Assembly: GCA_022605425.2 (NCBI GenBank)
Contig: JAKIMF020000001.1
Coordinates: 2,418,001-2,482,000 of the forward strand
Direction: 5' to 3'
Source: Hamiltosporidium tvaerminnensis FI-OER-3-3
Lineage: Eukaryota > Fungi > Microsporidia
Length of the DNA stretch: 64,000 nt
A model generated the notes under the pieces. It searched no databases. It was not told the origin of the DNA and saw nothing but the letters and a program-made list of their open reading frames with translations. The translations under genes were made by a program, and so were the position numbers. Shown here piece after piece: positions 1-11,019 of the stretch; the stretch's first letter is position 1, and every line of letters starts with the position of its first letter.

Positions 1-190
1 CTCCACCTGCCATTTTCTTCTTTGGGTCTATAAACACGTCTCAGTACTTTACTTTCGAACATCGCTAGTCTTTGCTCATCAGTCTTCTTAACAACCCAAG
101 ATTCTGATCCATACATGAGAACAGGTCGCAGCGGCGTTTTGTAGAGCATGCGTTTTGTTTTCCTAGTGATGAACTTGGACTTAAAGTGAG
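1..190 (-). mobile_element. Fragment of an RTE-clade LINE (C-terminal part of the RT ORF), running off the window edge
   Basis: Clear nucleotide similarity to 35085-35285 of the RTE element (e.g. ctttgctcatcagtcttctt..cccaagattctgat). The minus strand reads LYKTPLRPVLMYGSESW, typical of the RTE C-terminal region. Confidence 0.8.
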
Positions 191-1730
191 ACCTTCTTAA
201 TATATTTACTGATTCCAGTTTTCTTTTACATCTTACTTCCCATTTTCGAGGATGACCAATATAAAATTTAAATTTGAGTATTTTACTCTGTAATAACTCG
301 GAATTATAGATAATCAGCATATATATCATGTGTGGTTATAGATACTAGAATACAAACAATAAATTTTAAATAGTTCTACATACTCATTTCATAGCAGAAA
401 GTTTTTAATGTTGTTATCTGCCCTACTACTTTTTAAACTTAATGTTTAAAAATACAATCAGAAAAATATAGATTTGGTTTAAAATACTTTAAAAGACAAA
501 AAAAACTTACAGTTTTTATTCTGTTATTGATAAATTAGATTACCTTCTCTGAAATATACTTTAGACTTGAATTAAATTATGATTTTTCAAATAAAAAAAT
601 TAATTATGATTCTTAATATACAAACTTTGAATATTATTAATTTGATGTATGATGCCTAAAATTTTTAAATTCCTTTAGAATTTATACAAAATTTATCACT
701 AATCAGCCAACAAATAACAAATTCGTTGTATTCAAATTTTCTAAAATCAAATTTCAAAAGATTAGCTTAAAACCTCGACATAAGAAAACTGGATAAATTA
801 AACATCTTTAGGTTAATAAAAGAATTCTGAGAGTATAATACGAGCTAGACTTTGAGGATAAAAAAACGAATTATAATCCTAATTGATCATCTTTAGCATT
901 TGATTAAAATAGAAAATTTATTTAAAATTGTAAAAATTCAGAAAAAATTATTTAAGTGATATAATGATTTTTAAAATGACTCAAGCATAATTCTCGAGCT
1001 AGATATAATAGCAACGAATCTTCTATATTCAATATAGAAAGTTTATTATAAGGAGGCAAAAAAAGGCCAATATTGTAGAGCAGCTGATAAAAAAGTAAAA
1101 TCTAGTAATTGGATATTAGAATATATCATAACAAGATTGTACCAGTTTTCACAATACCTTCTTGATGTTATACATTCACTTCTTTTATAATTTCATAAAA
1201 ACCTACAAAACTAATTATGGGTGCCTCTTATTTTCCTGAATTCTTGAAGATGTATATCTAAAATATAATTAGATACTAGAATGATCAATGAAAAAAATTT
1301 TCACACAGAGAATTGAAGGATTTACTTCAGAAAATAAGTTTAATTTAAGTAGATTTTTAACTCAACAGCTATTTACAAGTTTCCTTCGAATTCTAAAATT
1401 AAAAGAAGAGCTTACTTTATAAAACGTAATTGACGGTTATTCAGATATTATTTATAAACGATGTCTAAGCAATTCCTATTTCAAAAAAAGACAAGAATAT
1501 TGTTTCTAATACCATAATTTGTTTAAAAATTCACCTGGAGTTTTGAAAAAAGACATTATGTGGATTATTCTTAACGAATTGGTTGAAATAATTTTTTTGA
1601 TCGATAGAGGGCATGAAGACATTGGTGCTTCAACTAAATGTTGTTATAATCCAAAAAAAGACTTATGAAACATATAAAAATCTAAATCGGCTTAAAATTC
1701 ATATATATAACTAAAGATACATTAAAAAAA

Positions 1731-1962
1731 TTCATTCATTCATCCTTGGTACTACAGCTCTGTACGAGCCTTGGCCTCTCCTAGTAATACCGCATACCGG
1801 TCTTTTTCCAGTAGGTTTGTCTACTTTTTCGGGTTTCGTAACAAGGTGGTTTTAAAGCGTGAAATGCTAGTCCTACGTCCAACCCCAACATAGAGGATCA
1901 TTCCCCTTTAGTCACATCTTACGGGAAGCAGAGAATACACCAAGCCAATTCTGGACCTGGCA
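1731..1962 (-). mobile_element. Short bipartite non-autonomous RTE derivative (5' UTR fused to the 3' end and a microsatellite tail)
   Basis: 1750-1810 matches the RTE 3' end at 34785-34845 (actacagctctg..ccttggcctc). 1850-1960 matches the RTE 5' end at 37738-37852 (cctttagt..cttac..aagcag.gaata..caagccaattctg). A (TTCA)n tail lies at 1731-1743. Confidence 0.8.
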
Positions 1963-3292
1963 TGATGATTAAACGTTAAAATAAAGCATATAATAATTAA
2001 AAACTATAAAAATCTTGCACTCTAAGTAAAAAACGATCAAACCAAAGAACAAACTCAAAATATTGCAGAAAAATATAAAACTTGAACCGAACGTAGTATC
2101 GAAATGCAGTGTAAAGAAACAATAAAAGAGGGATATAAACCAAGATTCAAAATTTAATCTTTAATTATATCAGCTCTATTTTTAAAATATTTCAATACCT
2201 TTTTTATGTTAAAAAAAGAAATATAAACTTGTATTACTTATAAATTCTTATCCCAGCAATCATAAATTGATGTTTTTTTGATGCATATCCTGGCTAAATT
2301 ATGATATATTATCGTTGTTAAACCCAAACAAATATATAATAAAATTTTTATGATTTTTCACATTCTAAAAACTATTGTCATCTGTTTTAATACTATATTT
2401 ATCTTTAAAAACTTCATTTTTTGAATATTCATTGAAACACTTTAAATTTTATTTGTAAGATCACTTCATAGCTATATTGTATAATATTGTTTTTATATTT
2501 GATTCTTTTCGAAAAAATATTCTATAAATGTTTTAATCTTCATTACCATTCCCTATTCAAATAATTTTATAAATCTTTCAAAGGCTTAGCTAATTATAAA
2601 ATACAAACAAAACACTCCATTTAATATCGAATTAATTGAATTATTTTAAATTCTAGTAGACTTACTTCATATCAACGTTTCAATTTCACTTCTAATCTAA
2701 AAGTTCCAGTTCAGTATATATCTATAAAATCAAAAAAAAATGAAATTTTTTTTATAAGTATAGTGTTTAAGAGTTAATTTGAGTTCAAAAAACTGCAGTT
2801 AGTTGTATTACCCACGATTCTTATGATATTATCTTTGATTATAACAATGTAAAGAAATAATTCTAGATTATCAATATTATTTTTTGAAGTATCTATTGAA
2901 AATATAACAAACTTATTTATGTTTTATATTTAATCGATAAAAATACAAGCAACGATTCAAAATTAATCTTAAAAGGAAAGAATGTAAAGATAAATTCATC
3001 GAATTCAATTTTAATGATTAAAAACAAAATTATAAATCATTTTCGTATTTGTTTTGTTTAATCTAGGAAAGAAATATAAACAAATTAGTATTCTTTATAT
3101 ATTTATAATTTTTATATCAAAAAAATATTCTTGAGTATATAATGCTTATTATACTTATATAAGATAATTTTTGATTTTTTTATATTTGTTTCTCCTTAGA
3201 TTATAGCTTAGATTTAATATAATTCCAAAAAAATTAATTAATTACGTAATATATTAATTATCCAACAATATTTTATATTTTTTTGGTTTCAT

Positions 3293-6200
3293 TTTTATTT
3301 AATAAAATTCTGGGTTAAAATATTTTTTACCATTTTTACATGTTTTCTTCTACCTCTTTGACCACTTTTGTCTCTTCTTCCAAATCCGACTCTTCATTTA
3401 TGTTATTGGTCGGTTCCTCTAAAGTGGTTCCTCCTTGTAAAATAAAGGGGGCTTTATATTTTGGTTTAAAATTTTTGGCACCATCTTCCTCTGTTTTCGC
3501 TTCTTTTAAAGGGGGTATTGGTTCCTCATGCATCTCTGATCTCATAATAACACCCATTGACGCTCTCTCCCAGCTCTCTTCGGCATTTAGTCCTGACTCA
3601 AGTCCTCTTCGTCGATCAAAGGAAATAGTTTCGACTGTCTTTTTAAGTACTATAGACTGAATGTATGCTTCTACATTCATGGGTATTTCTAGTCTTTTAA
3701 GATGAGATTTATGGTATTTTGTCACAATACCGTCCCAGGTCATCACATAAGGGATTATCTCAACACTACACTTATAAATAAGGCCCAACTCATTGGCTAG
3801 CAGGTCATACTTCCTAAGTTTTTCAGTTTCAACTATTTGAAGTGAATCTTGGGAAGTGATTCCTACTTCAATGAGTGTTATCTTATTCTTCTTCTTATCT
3901 AAAATAAATATGTCCGGTCTGTTATTCCGAATTTTAACATCAGTTTTAATTCTGGTGTCCACTCTTATCTCTGCATACTCATTATCAAGAATTTCTTGAA
4001 CTGAGTGGCTCCTTATTCGTTTTGAAGACTTAAACTTATATCTATTTAGAAGGAGAAGGTGTAGGCATCTAACCACTTCATTATGCCGTCTAGTGTAATC
4101 ATGGCCTAGCATTTTTTCACATCTAGTTGCTAGATGATCCACAGTCTTACCAGACTTCCCGCAATGTTGACACACACCATCTGCTCCCCAGAATACATTT
4201 CTATCCTGGATATAGCAGAACACAGCTTCATTTCGTGGCCTAATATTTCCTCTCTTTAGCCATCTTGAAGAGTCACTAACACTCACAAGCTCATTTTTCC
4301 TTGCATTATATAACTTTGAATGGAGTTTTCGTTTTTCTATTTCGTTATATAGTTTTGCAAGTTGAGCTTCTTCTAAATTTTTCTTAGTGACTTCTTCTAC
4401 CAACCTGTACTTTACTTTTAAGAAGCCTTTTATTAGTGCAAGATGGGTTTTATTATTATTCTCCACCTTGAGGATTGCTGCTCGTCTAGTTGATATTTCT
4501 TTACTTTTTTCCAGACAATCCAAGAGTTGCAGAAGCATATGTTCGCTTCGCAACTCAACACTATGTAGGCCTCTTCCAAGTTCTGTTCTAGGAAGATACA
4601 AACGCTCTTTACATCCTGGGCGGAGATGTATCTTATTTTTAACCAACACCGCACGCACTGCATCATCTAACTTAGAGAAGTCAGCCGGTTCAAGTCGAAG
4701 TACTCCTATGTGGTAGTTGATTAACGATATCGCATGTTGATTGATTGCAGAAAATAAATTTTTTGCATTTAATCTAGTGTGACAAAGTCTTTCAACTCTT
4801 GATATAAGTTTGCTCTGTACTTCTTCAAATGAGCTACGTGTTGGGATTCCTCTGCTATCTTCTATTATTCCTAAATATTTGTAAACACTAACACCTTCTA
4901 GAAGAGTAGCAGTATCTTCACAACACGTATCATTTGTGGCTGACTTCTCTTTGTTAATCTCTAAGCCAATCACCTCTAAAAATTCCTTTGCCTCGCCTGT
5001 CATAGCGCTCAATGTGGAGCTGTCTTTTGCAAGGAGCTTAAGATCATCAATAAACAAGAGATGATTAGTAGAATGGGATTCTGCATCTGTTTGTACTGTC
5101 ACTTTTGTGTATTTTTCATTAAGCTTTCGGCTTAATGGATCCATACACAACACAAATAACAAAGGTGACAGACTATCTCCTTGTAGAATCCCTCTATCAA
5201 TCTTCTTGCTCATGATTTTTTCAGGCCCTACTGATATATCAATTTTCCATTTTGATATAATTACCTTAATAAATTTCAGGATCCAATCAGGTAAATTAAG
5301 GTTTTCAATGCATTGAGTTAAATAAGCATGATCTATTGAATCATAAGCTTTTTTAACATCAATCCATGTTGCCTTAAGATTATTTCCATACTCTTTATTT
5401 AAGGCAATATTCAGTAGAGCCTGCTCTTTCGCTCCCTGCACACCTCTTACCGCCCCTAGTTGGTTCTCTGCAAGCAGCCCTCGCCTTTCCACTTCAAGTT
5501 GAACGACTTTCGTTACACACTTTGTCGTTAACTTATAGAGGTTGGACATACAAGTGATTGGCCTGTAGTCAGAGCCTCTTCGTGGAATTCCTTTCGGTAT
5601 CAAATACGTAAGCCCGCAGTAAAACCAATCAGCTTGAGGTGTTCCTTCTAAACATATAACTTTCACAATATCATAAAGATATTTGTGAAGAGTTGTAAGT
5701 TTCTTAATGAAAAAATTGTAAATACCATCAATTCCAGCAGCTTTCCAATTAGGGAGCCAATTAATGATATTCACAAATTCATCAAGTGAAGGAAACGTAG
5801 TCGGATGATTATCTGATACAAATGGAATCAAATAATCATCGTACGTGACTGTGTCATCATTTTTGTTCCACATTGTAGACCAAAAACTCACAATTTCATC
5901 ACGGCTAACCACATGCTCGGATTCCACACGCTCGGATAACCCACGATAAAATCGACCTCGGAAAAGCTCAAACATACGATTCTCTTTTCGGAATTGCTTC
6001 CTACTTTCATGCATCGTAATTTTTTTCTCGTAAACATTCAAAAACTCATTCTTCTTAACTAAAGCCTCAGAAAGATCAGTTACGCTGCTCAAGTTTAAAT
6101 TAAACTCTCGCATGATTTTCTTAAGGCTCTTCGTTTCCGAAGTGGAGAGCTTTTCCTGCTTACGAGCTTTCTCGAGGAGATCTTTGGAAAGTACTAACTT

Positions 6201-7097
6201 AGAAATTTTACTTTCTATGTTTTCCTTCCAAGCGGATCTAGGCTTCTCTTTACGTGTTGCCTCGTCATAGCATACCTGCGCAGCTTGCATGATATACGCG
6301 GCTTCCGTAATTGACTCAGGTACATGAGCTCCTGCATATTCACCGACTACTCGATTTATGAGATCCAGAACTTTACTATCAACCAATTCATTTGGATGTT
6401 TTCTAGTTCGGACCACCACTTTTCCAATTTCGTTCTCAGAGATTTCTTTGATTTTACTCAAGAATTTATCTCTCAGGTTTATGTACTCCGTGGTGTCGGT
6501 CAAGGTGCATGTATCAGCGAGACAAGTGGCGATTCTACGTCGCTCTCCATTCTCTTCTGATTTTACATCCTTTCCCATCTCACTTTGTGCCAATTTTTTT
6601 AACACTTCGAGAGTTTCAGTGCAGCCGAATTTCTCATTATAGTACCTGTGAAGCTCTGTCCAGCCATTTCTTGGCATTCTTTCAAACCTTGTCTGTACTG
6701 CAAAAAAAACAATTCGAGGCCATTCCTTCGGGTCGGCTGTTACGGAATCGAATATCGTCCGCAATGCCATTAGCCTGTTACCTTCCGGAATAGCTAGAGT
6801 ACAGGGGCTTGTCATGTCGTACGATGGCTCGCACGCAGAGACTTCAACCGAAGAGGGAACTGGTGCATTAGGCGAAGGTAAGGTGTCAAGCCCACTATTT
6901 TGCATTTTACTGCATGTTTGGCTTGGTGGTGGAGGTGTTATTGTTGTGTAGGAGGAGGAAGGTAGGGGAATCGCCGGTGGGTGTAGCTTACATTTTTGTA
7001 TCTCACTATCACTCTTTTTCACCCCATCAGCGTCGTTTGCAGCCTTTATTTTGGTATTATTCGATATTTCGCTGCTAACATTTTTCTTTCTACCCAT
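3293..7097 (-). mobile_element. Apparently intact site-preferring non-LTR retrotransposon (RT + restriction-like endonuclease; R4/NeSL/R2-type group), flanked by a 13-14 bp TSD
   Basis: Direct repeat TTTTTGGTTTCAT at 3280-3292 and 7098-7110, a single uninterrupted ORF and a 43-nt 3' UTR ending A-rich. Confidence 0.9.
3336..7097 (-). CDS. Non-LTR retrotransposon polyprotein: reverse transcriptase, CCHC zinc knuckle and PD-(D/E)xK restriction-like endonuclease
   Basis: RT motifs KAAGIDG, YRPITC, DVKKAYDS, GILQGDSLSPLLF, LFIDD and YKYLG. C-terminal motifs CQHC-x8-H-x4-C, RHNEVV and RPDIFI..LIEVGIT..KLRKY. Confidence 0.95.
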   Translation of the reverse strand: MGRKKNVSSEISNNTKIKAANDADGVKKSDSEIQKCKLHPPAIPLPSSSYTTITPPPPSQTCSKMQNSGLDTLPSPNAPVPSSVEVSACEPSYDMTSPCTLAIPEGNRLMALRTIFDSVTADPKEWPRIVFFAVQTRFERMPRNGWTELHRYYNEKFGCTETLEVLKKLAQSEMGKDVKSEENGERRRIATCLADTCTLTDTTEYINLRDKFLSKIKEISENEIGKVVVRTRKHPNELVDSKVLDLINRVVGEYAGAHVPESITEAAYIMQAAQVCYDEATRKEKPRSAWKENIESKISKLVLSKDLLEKARKQEKLSTSETKSLKKIMREFNLNLSSVTDLSEALVKKNEFLNVYEKKITMHESRKQFRKENRMFELFRGRFYRGLSERVESEHVVSRDEIVSFWSTMWNKNDDTVTYDDYLIPFVSDNHPTTFPSLDEFVNIINWLPNWKAAGIDGIYNFFIKKLTTLHKYLYDIVKVICLEGTPQADWFYCGLTYLIPKGIPRRGSDYRPITCMSNLYKLTTKCVTKVVQLEVERRGLLAENQLGAVRGVQGAKEQALLNIALNKEYGNNLKATWIDVKKAYDSIDHAYLTQCIENLNLPDWILKFIKVIISKWKIDISVGPEKIMSKKIDRGILQGDSLSPLLFVLCMDPLSRKLNEKYTKVTVQTDAESHSTNHLLFIDDLKLLAKDSSTLSAMTGEAKEFLEVIGLEINKEKSATNDTCCEDTATLLEGVSVYKYLGIIEDSRGIPTRSSFEEVQSKLISRVERLCHTRLNAKNLFSAINQHAISLINYHIGVLRLEPADFSKLDDAVRAVLVKNKIHLRPGCKERLYLPRTELGRGLHSVELRSEHMLLQLLDCLEKSKEISTRRAAILKVENNNKTHLALIKGFLKVKYRLVEEVTKKNLEEAQLAKLYNEIEKRKLHSKLYNARKNELVSVSDSSRWLKRGNIRPRNEAVFCYIQDRNVFWGADGVCQHCGKSGKTVDHLATRCEKMLGHDYTRRHNEVVRCLHLLLLNRYKFKSSKRIRSHSVQEILDNEYAEIRVDTRIKTDVKIRNNRPDIFILDKKKNKITLIEVGITSQDSLQIVETEKLRKYDLLANELGLIYKCSVEIIPYVMTWDGIVTKYHKSHLKRLEIPMNVEAYIQSIVLKKTVETISFDRRRGLESGLNAEESWERASMGVIMRSEMHEEPIPPLKEAKTEEDGAKNFKPKYKAPFILQGGTTLEEPTNNINEESDLEEETKVVKEVEENM

Positions 7098-7153
7098 TTT
7101 TTGGTTTCATATTGTTATATCTATTAAATATTTGAAGTCCTTATTAAGAGATC

Positions 7154-8368
7154 ATGAGTTTCATTTATTTTTTCAATGAATCGTTATTTCTTGTATTTGG
7201 ACTTTCTTTTGTTATATTAACAGAATTATCAAATATAAAAGACAATAATACAGTATTTTGTAATTTAAATGAAATAACAGAAACATTTACAAAAGATTTA
7301 CGTAAAATACATCATGGAATTGAACAATGTATTGATATTTTAACTTCTTATAACATATTTGGGCTTCAATTTGATATCTCAAATTCTGAAAAATGTTTTG
7401 AAAAGATTTTGTATCGAATCAAAGCAAAAACAATTAACAAAATATTTTTTTATGTGATTTCTTTAGATTCAAAAGATAAAAACAAAAAAAACCAATTTAT
7501 TAATTTGTTTTCTTTATCTTCTCATCTATACATAAGAAAATTGGCTATTTTTGTAGAAATTTTAACTGTTCTAAAAAAAGATCAGGTCACTCATTATACT
7601 CATTTGTTTGGACATAAAAACCTTTTAACCAAATTAAATCCGAGTAGTTTTCTATTAAAATTTTATAAGATACTTGCTAAAGTCTTAAATCAGTTATCAA
7701 GAGTAATTCATCCCCAAAAAAATACCTTCTTATTGATTTCACCATTCGAATTAAACTTGGATTCAAAACAAGCACTCAATATATATTTAAACAGATCCTT
7801 AGTAATATATATGAATATGGATATCATATACTTAGAAATCAAATCAAGATCCGAAAATAATATTTTCAGTCTAAATATGGAAAATAAATTAAAAAAAACA
7901 TTTTTTTACGAATTTTACAGCGAATACACATTTATTTCTCGGATAATAAAAATAACCAACAAAATAATCACTTCACCTAATTTCAAACATGACCAGATAA
8001 ATTACATAATCAAATTGTATCGGATATATGATATAAAAAGCAGATATATAACAACAAGACCCAATATTTTTAAATTAGAAACTTTTATCAAACAACATAC
8101 TTCAACAGACAACACAAAGATAGCAATTGATTCTAAACTTTTTATATCAAAAATTGGTTTAAATTTTGAAAATAATATTATCAAAATCAGACTTTCTAAT
8201 GGTTTTTACGTAATTGTTTCCCTCGAAATAAAAGTAGAAAACGGAATTATTGTCTTTTCATTTCTCAAAAGACACTTTATATCCTCTGATACCATTAAAT
8301 ACGGAGATATAACAGACTTGAAAGAAATTCTACATTATATTCTAAAAAAGTATAAAAAAATATTTTAA
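7154..8368 (+). CDS. Hypothetical protein (404 aa) with a hydrophobic N-terminus, possibly secreted
   Basis: 1.2-kb ORF in very AT-rich DNA, N-terminal hydrophobic stretch, no recognisable domain. Confidence 0.7.
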   Translation: MSFIYFFNESLFLVFGLSFVILTELSNIKDNNTVFCNLNEITETFTKDLRKIHHGIEQCIDILTSYNIFGLQFDISNSEKCFEKILYRIKAKTINKIFFYVISLDSKDKNKKNQFINLFSLSSHLYIRKLAIFVEILTVLKKDQVTHYTHLFGHKNLLTKLNPSSFLLKFYKILAKVLNQLSRVIHPQKNTFLLISPFELNLDSKQALNIYLNRSLVIYMNMDIIYLEIKSRSENNIFSLNMENKLKKTFFYEFYSEYTFISRIIKITNKIITSPNFKHDQINYIIKLYRIYDIKSRYITTRPNIFKLETFIKQHTSTDNTKIAIDSKLFISKIGLNFENNIIKIRLSNGFYVIVSLEIKVENGIIVFSFLKRHFISSDTIKYGDITDLKEILHYILKKYKKIF

Positions 8369-8759
8369 TAAAAATAGTACGTTTGTTTACCTGGTTTACT
8401 TTATAATTAAATATAAATTCACTTATTTAAATTAATATTTTGATTCTAATAAGTTTTACATTAAATTACCTTTTCATTTCAATTTACCTTTTTCCTTTTC
8501 AAAAATATACAATTCCTTAGTTTTGAACTGAAATTTTTTTCTTTAAAAAATTAAATTAGATATTTTAAATAAATTAAACCGTAAAAAGTAAATTATCAAA
8601 ATATTTTAAAACTTTAGAAACTAAAAACATTTCTAAGAAAGATAGATTCTATTTAATCTAATATACTCTAAAACACTTTATTAAATTTGATTATAAGAAA
8701 GTATATTAATAACATTAATGTTAGATAAGTTATAGAACTAACACTTTGATCGCATGTCA

Positions 8760-9050
8760 TAGTATTTAACACCTCTTAATCATATACTTCAATATTTAAC
8801 ACCTCTTAAAAATATACTTCTATATTTAATACCTCTTAATTATATATCCTAATAGATAACACCCCCTAATACATAGTACTATTACTAACACCCTCTAATA
8901 CATCTGTACTAATACTAACACCCTCATCTAATACTACAGTATCACTAACACCCCCTAATCCACTACTCCATACATTAACACCCACTTCCACCCCTACAGT
9001 CACTAACACCCTTTACTCATATACCCTAATATATTTAGCACCCCCCTTTC
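8760..9050 (+). repeat. Degenerate ~30-bp tandem array of TAACACC(C/T) upstream of the ARF gene
   Basis: About 10 copies of taacacctc/taacacccc at roughly 30-bp spacing. Confidence 0.85.
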
Positions 9051-9125
9051 ATTTCCCTTCTAAAACATCACTTTTTAAAACGTATGTCTCACTTTTATAA
9101 TATAAAAAACAAAGAAGGGTTAAAC

Positions 9126-9707
9126 ATGGGAGAAATTCTGAGCAGATTGAAAGATTGTTTTAGAAAATCATATCTCAAAGAAATAACGATGGTAGGTTTG
9201 GATGGAGCAGGAAAGACAACAATATTGTATCAAATGAAGATAAGCAGTACAGTTGAAACAATACCTACTATAGGATTCAATGTAGAATCTTTTAATGTAG
9301 GAAAAACCAAATTCAATGTGTGGGATATTGGAGGCCAAGATGCAATTAGACCTTTATGGAACCATTATGTTGAGATGTCTCGTGGTATAATATTTGTAGT
9401 GGACATAATTGACAGTAATAGGTGGAAAAGTGCCGGAAAGGCACTTGGTGATGTAGTCAGAGGTATGGAAAGAAAACCCGTTCTTATTCTTGCAAACAAG
9501 GCTGATGACCCTAATGATCCCTGTTTGAACCAAAAGGTTCAAACCATGGTTGAAGATCTTGGTGTTAAGGATATGAATATTATCTATGAAGTATTTCACT
9601 GTTCTGCCATCCAAGGACCTAATAATCCAAATCCACTTGAAAGACTTGTCCCTGCCTTTGAATGGATAGGAAATACAGTAAAAGAAAAATATGGCGAATC
9701 AAAATGA
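9126..9707 (+). CDS. ARF: ADP-ribosylation factor (ARF/ARL family) small GTPase
   Basis: Motifs [36 protein letters not shown] and CSA. The ATG at 9126 gives the myristoylation-type MG start (MGEILSRL) and is preferred over 9084. Confidence 0.93.
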   Translation: MGEILSRLKDCFRKSYLKEITMVGLDGAGKTTILYQMKISSTVETIPTIGFNVESFNVGKTKFNVWDIGGQDAIRPLWNHYVEMSRGIIFVVDIIDSNRWKSAGKALGDVVRGMERKPVLILANKADDPNDPCLNQKVQTMVEDLGVKDMNIIYEVFHCSAIQGPNNPNPLERLVPAFEWIGNTVKEKYGESK

Positions 9708-9719
9708 TTAAAGGAATGG

Positions 9720-10040
9720 TTGCTTTATTTTTTTATTTTATTTTTTTATTTTACTTTTTACTTTTTATTTTCTATATTTTTTATTTTATTTTTTATTTCT
9801 ATTTTCTATATTTTTTATTTTATTTTTTATTTCTATTTTCTATATTTTTTTTATATTTAAAATTTACTTTTTATTTTACTTTTTATTTTACTTTTTATTT
9901 TACTTTTTATTTCTATTTTCTATACTTTTTACTTTTTATTTTCTATATTTAAAATTTACTTTTTTTTACTTTTTATTTTACTTTTTATTTTACTTTTTAC
10001 TTTTTTTTACTTTAGTTTTCTTTTTATTTTACTTTTGACA
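9720..10040 (+). repeat. T-rich low-complexity/microsatellite tract downstream of ARF
   Basis: (TTTTAC/TTTTAT/TTCTAT)n. Confidence 0.9.
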
Positions 10041-10124
10041 ATTATTAAATAAAATACCTTCAAAGAACTTAAATTTATTTTTAACTAAAATAAGATTTAT
10101 TTTATTCAAAATATAAAACAAAGG

Positions 10125-10272
10125 AAAAAAATATTCTAATAAGTAATTTATTTATGTAACAAATGAGAATTAAATAATTATTTTATGATTTTTTAAAAAT
10201 ATTCTAATAAACAATTTATTTATGTAACAAATGAGAATTAAATAATTATTTTATGATTTTTTAAAAATATTT
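10125..10272 (+). repeat. ~70-bp tandem duplication
   Basis: aatttatttatgtaacaaatgagaattaaataattattttatgattttttaaaaatatt occurs twice. Confidence 0.85.
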
Positions 10273-10312
10273 AAATTAATGCAAATTTATTATTCTCTTA
10301 ATAAAATCAATC

Positions 10313-10558
10313 AGAATATTTTAAATAGGAAAGGAATAAGAATAGTATCACAACTAACACATGGGTATAGTATTGAAGTAAATTAAACATTAGAATATTT
10401 TAAATAGGAAAGGAATATATAATAGTATTACAACTAACACATGGGTAGAGTATTGAAGTAAATTAAACATTAGAATATTTTAAATAGGAAAGGAATATAT
10501 CAAAGTACTACAACTAACACATGGGTAGAGTATTGAAGTAAATTAAACATTAGAATAT
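10313..10558 (+). repeat. ~80-bp tandem repeat, 3 copies
   Basis: agaatattttaaataggaaaggaat..caactaacacatgggta.agtattgaagtaaattaaacatt occurs three times. Confidence 0.9.
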
Positions 10559-11019
10559 ACAATATTACGTTTTTTTAAAAATAATAGACACATAAGATGT
10601 AAAATGATATGAAAAAATATTAGTATTAGTACGGTATGTCAATATTACAGGGCTAGTTTTTGGAGATTAAACAGTTCAAAAAAGACATTTATAGATTTTT
10701 TTAAGAAACTGTTTATTAGAAACAATTTATTAGAAACAATTTAAAAGAAATTAGTTTATTGAGAACATATTTAAAAGAAATTAGTTTATTGAGAATATAT
10801 TTAAAAGAAATTGGTTTTTTAATCTAATACTTCAAATATATTTTATATATTGTTTGTATAAGATATAACTTATATTATATGATGTATTTAGATTTAGTAC
10901 TTAAAATTATTTTATATATTCTTTGTCTAAGATATAACTTATATCATATGACGAATGAAAGGATACTTAAACACAAGAATATGTAATTAATAATTTATTA
11001 TAAAATTATTTTCTTAATA

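Noticed and set aside
3340-6793. Short plus-strand ORFs inside the retrotransposon
   Set aside because: They are antisense shadows of the RT ORF.
9084-9125. Upstream ATG for ARF
   Set aside because: The second ATG gives the canonical MG N-terminus and a more typical ARF length.
9662-9952. 96-aa Phe/Tyr-rich ORF
   Set aside because: It is the translation of a T-rich microsatellite.
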